This document shows positions 39,145-48,634 of a DNA stretch of 64,000 nucleotides, piece by piece; within the stretch, counting starts at the first letter, position 1, and every line of letters begins with the position of its first letter. The stretch spans positions 32,781 to 96,780 of the forward strand of contig JBIJDH010000026.1 in the NCBI GenBank assembly GCA_044344255.1, written 5' to 3'. A model generated the notes under the pieces. That model saw only the letters and a list, made by a program, of their open reading frames with translations, was not told the DNA's origin and ran no database searches. A program made the position numbers and the translations under genes. Source of the stretch: Myxococcota bacterium. GTDB lineage: Bacteria > Myxococcota_A > UBA796 > UBA2385.

Positions 39145-39941
39145 GGCACCTGGAGCGAGGTCTCGGGCAGGGAGCGCTGTGAGGAGGCCGGCCCGGGCGA
39201 GAACGCGGCCCAGGGGGTGGGCGTCCGCTCGAGGAGCGAGCCGTGGGGCGCGACGCTGCGGGCGGGGGCGCCGGGCTCGCGGGCGTAGCCGTACTTCTGC
39301 AGCCAGCCGCAGTCCCCGTAGCAGTACTCCTGGGTGTCACCCTCGAAGACGGCCGCGCACTCGTAGCCGCGGGGGCAGGCGTTGTCGTCACCGGCGTCAC
39401 ACTGCTGCAAACAGAAGGAATTGTAACAGACCTTCCCGAGCCCATAGAGCGTGAAGTCACCGCAGACGAGGCCGTCGTCGCAGTCGGAGTCGCGGCTGCA
39501 GTTGTCCTCGGTCAGCTCCCAGATCGCGCAGATGCCGCCGCCGGCGCAGGTCTCAGACTGGAGCCACTCGCAGGTCTTGCAGTTGTCCTGATCGTCTTGG
39601 TAGCAGATGCCGGTGGTGGTGTCACAGAACTCGCCGAGCGGGCAGTCGAGCTGCGTGTCGCGACAGCCGTACTCCTTACATTCGTGGGAGTCGGTGTCAC
39701 ACTGCTCGCCGGCGATGCAGTCGTCGTCCGACTCACAGCCGTCTTTACACTCGAAGCGCTTGCTGGAGCAGTACTGCTGGATGCCGCAGTCTGTCGATGC
39801 GATACACTCGACCTCTGTGCAGCCGCCCCCTACGCAGGCCTCGCCGCTGCCGCACTCATCATTGTAGGTGCAGGCCTTGCCCGGCGCTTTCTGAAGCGCG
39901 CAGGCGGTCAGCAAGGGGAGCAGGAAGATCAGCGGACGCAT
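39141..39941 (-). CDS. Cys-rich lipoprotein (Dickkopf/EB-like CxxDxDC repeats)
   Basis: LLTAC lipobox; about 30 Cys in CxxDxDCxxGxxC repeats. Confidence 0.75.
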   Translation of the reverse strand: MRPLIFLLPLLTACALQKAPGKACTYNDECGSGEACVGGGCTEVECIASTDCGIQQYCSSKRFECKDGCESDDDCIAGEQCDTDSHECKEYGCRDTQLDCPLGEFCDTTTGICYQDDQDNCKTCEWLQSETCAGGGICAIWELTEDNCSRDSDCDDGLVCGDFTLYGLGKVCYNSFCLQQCDAGDDNACPRGYECAAVFEGDTQEYCYGDCGWLQKYGYAREPGAPARSVAPHGSLLERTPTPWAAFSPGPASSQRSLPETSLQVP

Positions 39942-39947
39942 GAGACG

Positions 39948-41042
39948 TCACTTTCCCTTGCAGAAGGCGGAGGCGTCGCCGGTGCCGAAGTCGTAGCCCA
40001 CCGAGATGCGGGACTGGGGCGGCGGCATCTTGGCGCGCTCGAAGACGATCATGCCGACGTCCTCGCCGTTCTTCTCGCCGCGCTCATACCGCCAGTCGCC
40101 GGACTCGCAGTCGATGTCTTCGCCGTCCACCGCGACCACGAGGGTCTCGGGGTCGGGGAGGTGGGAGAGGTAGAAGGTGTCGGTGAGGCGGGAGCTGGCG
40201 AGCGAGAGCTCGGTGACGATGTCGCCGAAGTCGTCCGAACAGATGCTGCCGAGCACGCCGTCGGTCTGCTCGGCCACATCGACGTAGCGGCTGCCCTCCT
40301 TGGCGCCGGAGTTGACCTGCTGCGTGCTGCACTCGTCGATGTCGGTGACAGCGAGCGCGCTGGCGTTGAAGACATCGCGGTTGCGCTGGCCCTTCACGTC
40401 GCGGAAGGCGTTGATGTAGCCGTTGACCGTGAGGGGGGAGGAGTCCTGCTCGTCGGTGACGAAGATGACCGAGAGGTAGGCGTCGTCGCGGAGGAAGCCC
40501 TCGTTCGGCCCCGAGAGGTTGGGCTCGGTGAGCGCGAGGTAGGCCGACTCGAGACCCATCTCGTAGCCGCTGCCGCAGGTGCCCACGCTGACGAGCTCTT
40601 GGAAGAGGGCGTCGCCGTCGTCGGTGCTGGGCGTGATGTAGGTGCCGTTGACCAGCTCGCCAGCGGGGGGCACGGCGTCGACCTCGGTCTGGGAGCAGCC
40701 CGAGCCCTGGACGTAGACCGGGGCGACCACGGAGGAGGTGACGACGCCGATGTGATAATCGACGTTGCCCTCGATGAAGTAGGTGAGGAAGAGGTCGAAG
40801 TTCGTGGAGAGCTTACGCTGATAGGGGGCCATCGAGCCGGAGTTGTCCACCATCAGCAGCACGTCGACCTTGCCGGCCTCGAGCTGATAGAAGAGATCGT
40901 CGGCTTCGAGCTTGATGATCTCGTTGTCCGGGGCGCAACCCGCGAGCGTGGCCGAGAGCGCGACGACGAGCGCGAGGCCGAGCCCGAGCGGAGCGGCAGA
41001 CGGGGCGACAGGTACGGCACCAGATACTGCAGATCGGGACAT
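39948..41042 (-). CDS. vWA-domain lipoprotein, CglB-like
   Basis: GGAGG RBS, ATG 41042; LAGC lipobox; KVDVLLMVDNSGSM, DYHIGVVTS, EMGLE, GFLRDDAYLSVIFVTDEQD. Confidence 0.75.
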   Translation of the reverse strand: MSRSAVSGAVPVAPSAAPLGLGLALVVALSATLAGCAPDNEIIKLEADDLFYQLEAGKVDVLLMVDNSGSMAPYQRKLSTNFDLFLTYFIEGNVDYHIGVVTSSVVAPVYVQGSGCSQTEVDAVPPAGELVNGTYITPSTDDGDALFQELVSVGTCGSGYEMGLESAYLALTEPNLSGPNEGFLRDDAYLSVIFVTDEQDSSPLTVNGYINAFRDVKGQRNRDVFNASALAVTDIDECSTQQVNSGAKEGSRYVDVAEQTDGVLGSICSDDFGDIVTELSLASSRLTDTFYLSHLPDPETLVVAVDGEDIDCESGDWRYERGEKNGEDVGMIVFERAKMPPPQSRISVGYDFGTGDASAFCKGK

Positions 41043-41234
41043 GGAGCCCTCCGAGGACATCTCCTGCTGTACCATGACGAGGTGCCCTCGGCATCCTCGG
41101 TGGTGGGCGCCGGCTGACTTCACGCGGGTCCCATCGGCCCCTCCGCGCTCGGAGCGCCCCTGTCCTCGTCCGATCCGCGCCCCACCGCTCACCGCCGCCC
41201 GCCGTGGGCGCGCTCCCTCGATCGGGCCCTCGGC

Positions 41235-41708
41235 GTGCTCTCTCCGGTCGTGCGCCTCCTCCTGCCGCGCCCCGCTGAAGACGCGCTGAGCCGGCTCGCT
41301 CGGCTCGACCGACCGGCGCCGCTCCCCGATCCGGAGGCCCCGGCGGGGACCGGCGGGGCGGGGGGCCTCGGCCACGAGGGGCCCCTCCAGGAGGGCCGCG
41401 TCGCCTTCGCCGATGGTCGGTATGGGGAGGCCCTCTTCCACTTCGGCGCGCTCTTGGAGCGGCAGCCGGACCACGGCTGGGCCTGGCACGGCCGCGGCGA
41501 CGCCCTGCAGCTCCTCCAGGAGCCCGCGCTCGCCCTCGCCGCTTATGACCGCGCGGCGCGCCTCCAGCCGGGGGTGGGCCTGCACGAGGCGGGTCGGGCG
41601 AACGCCCTGCGCGCCCTCGGCCGCCATGGAGAGGCCGACGAGGCCGAGCGGCGGGCCCGGAGCCTCGACCCCTCCCCGCGCGCCTCGATCCCGACCCCGC
41701 GGGCTTAG
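41235..41708 (+). CDS. TPR protein
   Basis: GRYGEAL, AWHGRGDAL, ALAAYDRA, RANALRALGRHGEA. Confidence 0.7.
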   Translation: MLSPVVRLLLPRPAEDALSRLARLDRPAPLPDPEAPAGTGGAGGLGHEGPLQEGRVAFADGRYGEALFHFGALLERQPDHGWAWHGRGDALQLLQEPALALAAYDRAARLQPGVGLHEAGRANALRALGRHGEADEAERRARSLDPSPRASIPTPRA

Positions 41709-42385
41709 GGCGCCGAGCGCCTCATCTTCCCGGCGGGGCCCCAGGACAGCACGGGCCAGCTCCGTTGACGGGCGACCCGCAGCAGGCGGGGATCGGGGTG
41801 GACCGCGACCGGTCGGCCGACCCGCTCGAGGGCCGCGAGATCGCTGAAGCTGTCGGTGTAGAAGGCGCAGTCGGCGAGGGGCACACCGCGGGTCTCCGCC
41901 CAGGCCTGGGCGTGATCGACCTTGCCGGGGCCGTAACAGAGGGGCTCCTCGGCGCGGCCGGTGAAGCGCCCCTCGGCCACCTCGAAGCCGTTGGCGAGGT
42001 AGCCGTCGAGGCCGAAGTGGGCCGCCGCGAGCGCCGCGAGGTAGCGGCTGCTGCCGGTGAGGAGCACGAGCGACTCGCCCTTGGCGCGGTGGGCGGCCAG
42101 CACCTCGCGGGCGCCGGGGCGCTCGGTCTGCCGGACCTCTTGCTCCCAGAAGGCGAGGGTGCGGCGCGCGATCACGGCCTCTTCCACCCCGGCGAGCGAG
42201 GCCACGGCGTCTCGAATCACGGGCTCCATCGCCGAGAAGCCGAGGCGGTAGGCGCCGAGCCATGCGGCGGCCTTGGCCACCTGCCAGCGGCTGAGCGAGC
42301 CCTCCCGCAGCTCGCGCTGGACCCAGAGGGTGGCGGAGTTGACGGAGATCAAGGTGAGATCGAGGTCGAAGAAGGCGATGCTCAC
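41705..42385 (-). CDS. HAD-IB family hydrolase (SerB-like)
   Basis: GTG 42385; AFFDLDLTL, LLTGS, GPGK, FYTDSFSD, VHPDPRL. Confidence 0.9.
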   Translation of the reverse strand: MSIAFFDLDLTLISVNSATLWVQRELREGSLSRWQVAKAAAWLGAYRLGFSAMEPVIRDAVASLAGVEEAVIARRTLAFWEQEVRQTERPGAREVLAAHRAKGESLVLLTGSSRYLAALAAAHFGLDGYLANGFEVAEGRFTGRAEEPLCYGPGKVDHAQAWAETRGVPLADCAFYTDSFSDLAALERVGRPVAVHPDPRLLRVARQRSWPVLSWGPAGKMRRSAP

Positions 42386-42897
42386 GGCCGCCACTCCATG
42401 CCGAGGGCGCCTGTGAGCTCCGCGGAGGCGCCGGCGGCCTCCCAGCGCAGCGGCCAGCGGGCGCGGGCGACGAAGCCGACGTGCGGGCCGAGCGCCACGA
42501 TGGCGCCCACGGTCGGCCCCGCCTCGAAGTAGGCGGCGCTGCTCGCCACCCGCTCGCCTGCGTACTGGGTCGAGCCTCCGCCGACCGCGAGGTCTGCCCC
42601 GACGAACCAGCGACCGCCCTCCCAGCGGGCCCGGCCCTCCAACCGCCCCTCGCGGGAGCGGACGTCCTCGCCGTCGAGGGGCGCCTCGTGCAGCGAGAGG
42701 GAGGGCGCCAGGATGAAGGCGAAGGGCCCTGCGCGCAGGCCGGCGTAGGGCTGCAGCGCCGGGCCCTCGTAGGCGGCGAGCTGCAGCTCTGGCTCGGCGC
42801 CAGCGGAGAGCGACCGCGCGACGGAGGCGGCGGGATCGGCCGCAGGGGAGAAGCGGTGGAGCTCCAGACCGACCAGCCAGAGCGCGGGGTGAGGCAT
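42382..42897 (-). CDS. Hypothetical protein with amphipathic beta-strands (possible OM beta-barrel)
   Basis: Alternating strands, C-terminal ALGMEWRP; coupled to HAD gene. Confidence 0.5.
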   Translation of the reverse strand: MPHPALWLVGLELHRFSPAADPAASVARSLSAGAEPELQLAAYEGPALQPYAGLRAGPFAFILAPSLSLHEAPLDGEDVRSREGRLEGRARWEGGRWFVGADLAVGGGSTQYAGERVASSAAYFEAGPTVGAIVALGPHVGFVARARWPLRWEAAGASAELTGALGMEWRP

Positions 42898-42964
42898 GCG
42901 GTCCCCGTATCTCCGGGGCCGGGCCGGCGCTGGTCAAGCGGCCTCGGCCGCGGTATCGACCCGC

Positions 42965-43525
42965 ATGCCCACCGAGCTGCCCCCTCCCCTCAGCCCAGAG
43001 GCCGAGCGCATCCAGCAGATGCCCGGCTGCGGCCTCGCCGCCTACACCGGCCTGCTGGTCATCGTCTTCCTGGTGGGGCTCGCCGGGGTCGTAGGCAGCA
43101 CGATGCAGATCATGAGCGGGGGAGACCTCGGGCCTCGCGACGTCATCCCGGGCGAGCACGTGGCCGTCTGGCAGATGAAGGGTATGCGCCAAGCTGGCGT
43201 GGCCGGCCTCACCGAGGCGCCCCTCACCTGGCACGACGAGAGCACCTTCTTGGACGGCAGCGTCGCCTGCGCGCTCTTCGCGGATCGGGTGGCCCGCGTC
43301 GACGAAGCGGCGAGCTGGGTCTTGCCCTACGCGGCGGTCGATGAGCTCCACGTCCAGGGTGACGAGTACACAGGCTTGACCCTGACCATCTCCGGCCACC
43401 CACAGTCCGGCCACCCCGTCGAGTTCCGCTGCGTCTTCGCCGCGGAGGAAGGGGGGAGCCGCTTCCATCGGCAGCTCGAGTCCGAGGTTCGCCAGGCGCA
43501 CGGCCTGCCCCCGAAGCTCGATTGA
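42965..43525 (+). CDS. Hypothetical single-pass membrane protein
   Basis: One TM then soluble domain; GC-biased codon usage. Confidence 0.6.
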   Translation: MPTELPPPLSPEAERIQQMPGCGLAAYTGLLVIVFLVGLAGVVGSTMQIMSGGDLGPRDVIPGEHVAVWQMKGMRQAGVAGLTEAPLTWHDESTFLDGSVACALFADRVARVDEAASWVLPYAAVDELHVQGDEYTGLTLTISGHPQSGHPVEFRCVFAAEEGGSRFHRQLESEVRQAHGLPPKLD

Positions 43526-43564
43526 CCGAAGCTCGAGCGACCGCCGCTCGACGGACCGCGGCGC

Positions 43565-43813
43565 TCAGCCCGCGCGGGAGGCCTCGTCCTGCGCGGCGGG
43601 GGCGATGGCTGGCTCGTCCTCGACCTGAACGGGGATGAGGCGCTCCGTGGGGAGGTCCTCCAGGTCGTCCAGCGCGGGCGGGATGAGGGGCAGCTCGACG
43701 GGGAGAACGGGCTCGGACGCGGACACGGACACCTCCACTGGAGTTTCAATCACACCGATTACATCACGAAGAGCGAAGGACGGCGCGCCGGTTGTCCGCA
43801 GCTCGACCCACAT
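43565..43813 (-). CDS. Small hypothetical acidic protein
   Basis: ATG-started ORF filling an intergenic gap; no motif. Confidence 0.35.
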   Translation of the reverse strand: MWVELRTTGAPSFALRDVIGVIETPVEVSVSASEPVLPVELPLIPPALDDLEDLPTERLIPVQVEDEPAIAPAAQDEASRAG

Positions 43814-43958
43814 TTTCTCGAGCGGCCGCGCTCGCGCGCTCGCGGGGCTGTGGCCCTGGCTGGCCCTCCCCCTCCTGTTCGCCGTGCTCGCCGCGCTCCT
43901 CCTCCACGCGCTCCGCCCCCCGGACGGGGGCGGCTACGCGCCCTGGTGAGCCCGCGGC

Positions 43959-45854
43959 TCAGGGACAGACGGGGTCGGTCCAGGCGAGCTCGTTGTTGGT
44001 GTCGTCACACTCCGAGCTGGCGTCCATGCCGGAGCCGCTGTCGCCCAGCACGATGACGAAGCCCTCGCTGCCGATGTCGGTGGGCAGGACCTCGATCTCG
44101 AAGCTGTCGAGCGCGGTGCCCGCCGGGAGCTCGGGGAGGGTGCCGGTGGTCACGAGGGTGCGGACGCCGCCGTCCACCTTGTAGAAGGCCCAGGCGGCCC
44201 CCGCGGCGATCACCTCGGCCCCCTGGTTCTGCACCTGGACCGAGACCTTGACGGGCCCATTGTCACAGTCCGCAGCGCAGACGCCGAGGATGGCGCCGGT
44301 GAGGTCGGGCATCTCGGGGTCGTCCACCGCGGGGCGGGCGCGGAAGACGTTGTACTCGAGCCAGCTCGCCGTGGGCGTGGTGGGCACCGTGCCGTCGGCG
44401 TCGATGTTGGACACGGCGAAGTCGTGCACGGGCCAGGTGGGCCCGGCGGCCGGCCAGCCGTCGCCGCCATGGCCGTAGACGGTGAGGCCCATCAGGCTGC
44501 CCAGGTTCTCGGCGACGACGATCTCGGCCGAGCCATCGGCGTCGACGTCGGCGATCACGGGGTACTCGAAGAGGGTGCCCGAGTTGTGGGCGAAGCTCTG
44601 GTAGAGGACGGCCCCCGTCGCGCCGTCGTAGAGCCGGAGCGCGATCTCGTCGGCGAAGAGCACCTCGTAGATGCCGTCGCCGTCCATGTCGTAGCCGGAG
44701 CAGCCGGCGAGCCCCGAGTAGTCCTGCATCGCGGCGCGCCAGAGCTCAGTGCCGTCGGTGTCGTACATGTAGAAGTAGGTGCCTGAGGGCACCGCCACCT
44801 CCACCTCGCCGTCGCCGTCAAAGTCGGCGGCGCAGGGCGGCCCGGGGGTGGTGGTGGGGATGGGCGTGGCGTGGATGAGCGTGCCGTCGTCCTCATAGAG
44901 GTAGAGCTTGTCGCTCGCGAGGAAGATCTCGGCGTTGTTGTCGGAGTCGGCGTTGACGACGACGTGCATCGCCGAGATGCCCGTCCCGCCCATCGTCCAC
45001 TCGAGGGCGCCGGTGTGCGAATAGACGTTCTTGCCGAGGATGATCTCGGCCGTGCCGTCCTGGTCGATGTCGGCGCAGATCGGCTCGCTGTAGGCCCCCG
45101 AGATGCTGATCTGGAAGGCGGTGGTGCCGTTCTCGCCGTTGATGATCTGGTTATCGCCGATCACCTCGGGGAGGCCGTCCTGGTCGAGGTCACAGATCGT
45201 GATCTCGGGGTAGCTGTTGGTGGTGCGGGTGGTGGAGGTCCACTCCATGGTCCCGTTGACGTCGGCGCACTGGACGTTCCCGGAGGGGCTGAAGCCGCAG
45301 ATGTCGACCAAGCCGTCTCCGTTCACGTCGGCCGTCGCGACGCCGCCGGCGCCCAGCCAGCCGGGGCGGACGAAGAGCTCGCCCGAGTAGTCGCCGGAGA
45401 GGGCGACGAGCTGGTTCGCGCCGTAGATCGTCGAGACGATGTCGGGGATGTCGCTCGTGCCGATCACGCCGTCGCCGTCGTCGTCGGTCAGGTTGATGAT
45501 CGAGGGCTTGACCACCGACCCCGAGGCGGCGCTCGTGTATTGGTACTCGATCTGGAGATCGTAGGGGTCGGTCACGGTGCTGTCGCCGCCCCCCGCGCAG
45601 GCCTCTACGATCTCCACCGAGGTGGTGGCGGCGGAGGGCAGGTCGCAGTCGTCGGGATCGGTGGTCACGGCGCCCGAGTCACTCGGGGGGTCTGAGTCAC
45701 CGGTCTCGTCGGGGGGCGGGTCGGTGTCGCAGGCGCCCGGGCCTCCAGGGCACTCCGATTCGGCGGTGTCGGAGCGGCCGGGGGGCTGCTTCTCGCCCGC
45801 GATCTGGTACTCGGAGCAGGCGGCGAGCAGCGAGAGGAGGGACAAGGCGCGCAT
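43959..45854 (-). CDS. FG-GAP/VCBS repeat lipoprotein with C-terminal CARDB-like Ig domain
   Basis: LLAAC lipobox; ADVNGDG, DLDQDG.PE, ADFDGDGEVE; VQNQG...ECDDTNN. Confidence 0.8.
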   Translation of the reverse strand: MRALSLLSLLAACSEYQIAGEKQPPGRSDTAESECPGGPGACDTDPPPDETGDSDPPSDSGAVTTDPDDCDLPSAATTSVEIVEACAGGGDSTVTDPYDLQIEYQYTSAASGSVVKPSIINLTDDDGDGVIGTSDIPDIVSTIYGANQLVALSGDYSGELFVRPGWLGAGGVATADVNGDGLVDICGFSPSGNVQCADVNGTMEWTSTTRTTNSYPEITICDLDQDGLPEVIGDNQIINGENGTTAFQISISGAYSEPICADIDQDGTAEIILGKNVYSHTGALEWTMGGTGISAMHVVVNADSDNNAEIFLASDKLYLYEDDGTLIHATPIPTTTPGPPCAADFDGDGEVEVAVPSGTYFYMYDTDGTELWRAAMQDYSGLAGCSGYDMDGDGIYEVLFADEIALRLYDGATGAVLYQSFAHNSGTLFEYPVIADVDADGSAEIVVAENLGSLMGLTVYGHGGDGWPAAGPTWPVHDFAVSNIDADGTVPTTPTASWLEYNVFRARPAVDDPEMPDLTGAILGVCAADCDNGPVKVSVQVQNQGAEVIAAGAAWAFYKVDGGVRTLVTTGTLPELPAGTALDSFEIEVLPTDIGSEGFVIVLGDSGSGMDASSECDDTNNELAWTDPVCP

Positions 45855-45938
45855 CAGCAGTCCGGGGGCGGGTGGAGAGCCGTCAAGATACCGTGAAGGC
45901 CGCCGCGCCGCCGCTCCCAATCCGCGCCTCGCCCGCGC

Positions 45939-46733
45939 TCAGAAGGGGCCGCCCATCTCTCGACGGATCGCGAGGTACTGGGGCGTCCACTGCCCCTCCT
46001 CGTCGCGGATCACGACGGGTGGCCGATCTTCGCGCGGGCCGCTCCAGCCGCAGAGGAAGAGGGCGATGGTGGGGGGCCGGCCGGCGCGGAAGTAGACGTC
46101 TTGCCTCGCTAAGAGCTGGAGCCCGGCGGCGGCGATGGCCTGCTCCGGCCGGGGATCGGCCCCTGCGTGGCAGAGGGCGAAGCGGCCCTCCGGGGCGAGC
46201 GCGAGGGCGGCGGTGCGGCAATAATCAAAGACGTCGCCCAGCAGCTCCATCCGCGCGCCGGCCCGCTGCGGGTGGGAGGAGACGACCCCCTTCCCAAGCG
46301 GGATATACGGCGGACTGCCCGTGACGAGCGGATAGGATCCGTGCTCCGACGGCGGGAGCTGCGCAGGGTCGCGCAGGTCGCCGTGGCGGGCGGTCACGCG
46401 CTCGGTGAGCCCATTGACGGCGAGGGTGCGCCGCGCGAGCCCGTGGCTCAAGGCCTGGGCCTCGATCATCGTGAGGCGGGCGGTGGGCGGCAGGCGCCAG
46501 AGGGAGAGCAGCCCGACCGAGCCGATGCCGGCGCCGAGATCGAGCTGGTGGGCCGCGTCGGGCACGGCGCCGGAGGCCATCCAGGCGGTGAGGAGGTCGT
46601 CGGTGGAGAAGCGGTGCCCGGACCGGAGCTGGAAGATGCGCCAGCTCCCGCAGAGGTGGTCGAGGGTCTCCCCTTCTCCGGGTTCCCGTCCGCTGGGCTC
46701 GCGTCCGCCGGGCTCGCGCTCGTCCAGGCTCAT
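45939..46733 (-). CDS. tRNA1(Val) A37 N6-methyltransferase-like SAM methyltransferase
   Basis: GHRFSTDDLL, LDLGAGIGSVG, IEAQ, GSPPY. Confidence 0.8.
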   Translation of the reverse strand: MSLDEREPGGREPSGREPGEGETLDHLCGSWRIFQLRSGHRFSTDDLLTAWMASGAVPDAAHQLDLGAGIGSVGLLSLWRLPPTARLTMIEAQALSHGLARRTLAVNGLTERVTARHGDLRDPAQLPPSEHGSYPLVTGSPPYIPLGKGVVSSHPQRAGARMELLGDVFDYCRTAALALAPEGRFALCHAGADPRPEQAIAAAGLQLLARQDVYFRAGRPPTIALFLCGWSGPREDRPPVVIRDEEGQWTPQYLAIRREMGGPF

Positions 46734-47365
46734 CGGCGGGGCGCTCGCGGGGTGGGCTTCGGGTTCCAGAGCTCGATGGCGGCGATGGCCACGGCGCGGA
46801 CCTCGGGGTTGGGGTCCGTCTCGGCGGGGCGGAGCACGGGGGTCATCACCGGGCCGGCCAGGGCGGCGACGGCTCGCACGGCCTCGAGGCGCACGGTGGC
46901 GTCGGCGTGGCGGACGAGGCCGCGCATGTTCTGCACCGCGCTCTTCCAGCCGGTGAGCCGGGCGATGAGGCAGCCCATCGCGAGCTCCCGCGGCTGGGTG
47001 CTCTGCAGCATGTCGCGGACGCGGTCGCGGCCGGAGGGATCGAGCTGGAGCCCCTCGAAGGCCCGCGCGGCGCCCACGAGATCGCCGGCCTCGGCCAGGG
47101 CCCAGGCGCTCTCGCCGACCTCGGTGCCGGTGGGCGTGGCCTCGGGGGGCGCGCCCAGGGTCTCGGCCTCGACCACCTCGAAGCGGGCGTCGGGGACGGC
47201 GCGGGCCATCGCCACGGCGAGGTAGAGCAGCTGGGCCGTGCCGAGCTTCACGGTGGCGCGCGCCACCACGTCGCCCTCTCCCCGAACGCCGACGCAGCCG
47301 CCGGGCAGCTGACCGAGCTCCAGCGGCGTGAGCGATTGAGCGCGGCGGAGGAGGAGGATCGGCAT
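46730..47365 (-). CDS. HEAT repeat protein
   Basis: VRLEAVRAV, DPNPEVRAVA. Confidence 0.65.
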   Translation of the reverse strand: MPILLLRRAQSLTPLELGQLPGGCVGVRGEGDVVARATVKLGTAQLLYLAVAMARAVPDARFEVVEAETLGAPPEATPTGTEVGESAWALAEAGDLVGAARAFEGLQLDPSGRDRVRDMLQSTQPRELAMGCLIARLTGWKSAVQNMRGLVRHADATVRLEAVRAVAALAGPVMTPVLRPAETDPNPEVRAVAIAAIELWNPKPTPRAPRR

Positions 47366-47494
47366 CGGAGCTCCCGGGGCGGGCCCCCTTAACCGGTCCG
47401 GCGGGGCCCTGGCCCGGGGGTCGAGGTCCCCAGTGGTCGAGGCCGTCGGGCGGCTTGTGCTTGAAGGCGGTGGCGGGGCGCGTGAGGAGGGGAG

Positions 47495-48634
47495 ATGCGA
47501 CGCTGGCCCGCCCTGCTCCTCGTCTTGTCCGCCCTCTGCGGGCTCCCCCTCGAGGCCCGCGCCGACTGCCCGATCCGCAGGGTGCGGGGCCCCGGAGACG
47601 CGCTCGGCGCCGAGCTCGGCGGGGTGTGGCTCCAGAACAGCACCCTCGTCGAGCGGCTCCCGGCGCCCGACTGCGAGACCGGCGTGGGCCTGCGGGTGCG
47701 CTCCGATCCCGCCCTCTACGCCGACGGGCACGCCCTCCTCGGCCGCACCCTCTGCGTTCGGATGGAGGAGCCGGCCCTCCGCTCCGTCGTCGGTGATCGC
47801 CTGCTCCGCCCCGGGGACAGCCAGCCCGTCGGCCCCATCGACGCCGCCTGCCACCTCCCGGGCCGACAGGACCTCCGCGACCTCGACCTCTCCCACGCCG
47901 TCCCGCTCCGCCCCGCCGCCGCCGCCACCTGGCGCCAGCTCCGGCGCCGGCTCCAGGCCCTCTACGGCGCAGACCTCGGCGGGGTCGATCCCACGCGCAT
48001 CCGCGTCGATGACTGGGGGCGGGCCGAGCTGCCGATGGCCGCGCTCCGGGGCCCGGCTGAGCTGGCCGAGGAGTACGCCCGAGAGGGCCTCGACACCGAG
48101 GCACGCCGCCAGCGCGCCGTCACCGCCTGGGGGCCCCGCCTCGGCGCCGAGCCCGTCTACGCCCACTTCCTCGGCGCGGACCCCGCCGGCGCCGACCTCT
48201 GGGCGCAGCCCGACGTCATCCTCTCGCTGCTCCAGCTCTCCCACGACTGGATGGCTTGGTGCCCCTCCGCGCTCCACCGGCCCGCTGAGCGCTGCACCCT
48301 CCAGATCGGCGACCTCGCCTGGTTCAACAGCCAGCGGCCCGATCCGCTCGGCCACAAAGACCACTGGGCCGGCCGTTGTGTCGACCTCCGCCTCTTTCGC
48401 AGCGACGGCTCCCGCTACGAGGCCTGGTGGAACCGCCCCGACGACCGCCCCGGCGTCGCGCCCGCCTACGACGCAGCGCTTACCGCCGCCTTCGTCGGCT
48501 TCGTCCGCGCGCGCTTCGCCGTGGGTGACCTCTTCTTCAACGATCCCGCCGTCCCCGGGGTCGAGCCCCAGCCCGGCCACGACGACCACCTCCACCTCTG
48601 CCTCAGGGCCGGAGGGTCCCGATCCAGTCCGTGA
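47495..48634 (+). CDS. Secreted MepA-like (LAS) Zn murein endopeptidase
   Basis: Signal peptide; IGDLA, GHKDHWAGRCVDLR (H-x6-D), GHDDHLH (HxH). Confidence 0.7.
   Translation: MRRWPALLLVLSALCGLPLEARADCPIRRVRGPGDALGAELGGVWLQNSTLVERLPAPDCETGVGLRVRSDPALYADGHALLGRTLCVRMEEPALRSVVGDRLLRPGDSQPVGPIDAACHLPGRQDLRDLDLSHAVPLRPAAAATWRQLRRRLQALYGADLGGVDPTRIRVDDWGRAELPMAALRGPAELAEEYAREGLDTEARRQRAVTAWGPRLGAEPVYAHFLGADPAGADLWAQPDVILSLLQLSHDWMAWCPSALHRPAERCTLQIGDLAWFNSQRPDPLGHKDHWAGRCVDLRLFRSDGSRYEAWWNRPDDRPGVAPAYDAALTAAFVGFVRARFAVGDLFFNDPAVPGVEPQPGHDDHLHLCLRAGGSRSSP

Noticed and set aside
43511..43536. CCGAAGCTCGA duplication around a stop codon as a target-site duplication
   Set aside because: Only 4 bp between copies and no element; likely local slippage
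43635..43949. Small membrane peptide ending WPWLALPLLFAVLAALLLHAL...YAPW
   Set aside because: Plausible TM but no convincing start or RBS, and it overlaps the opposite-strand ORF
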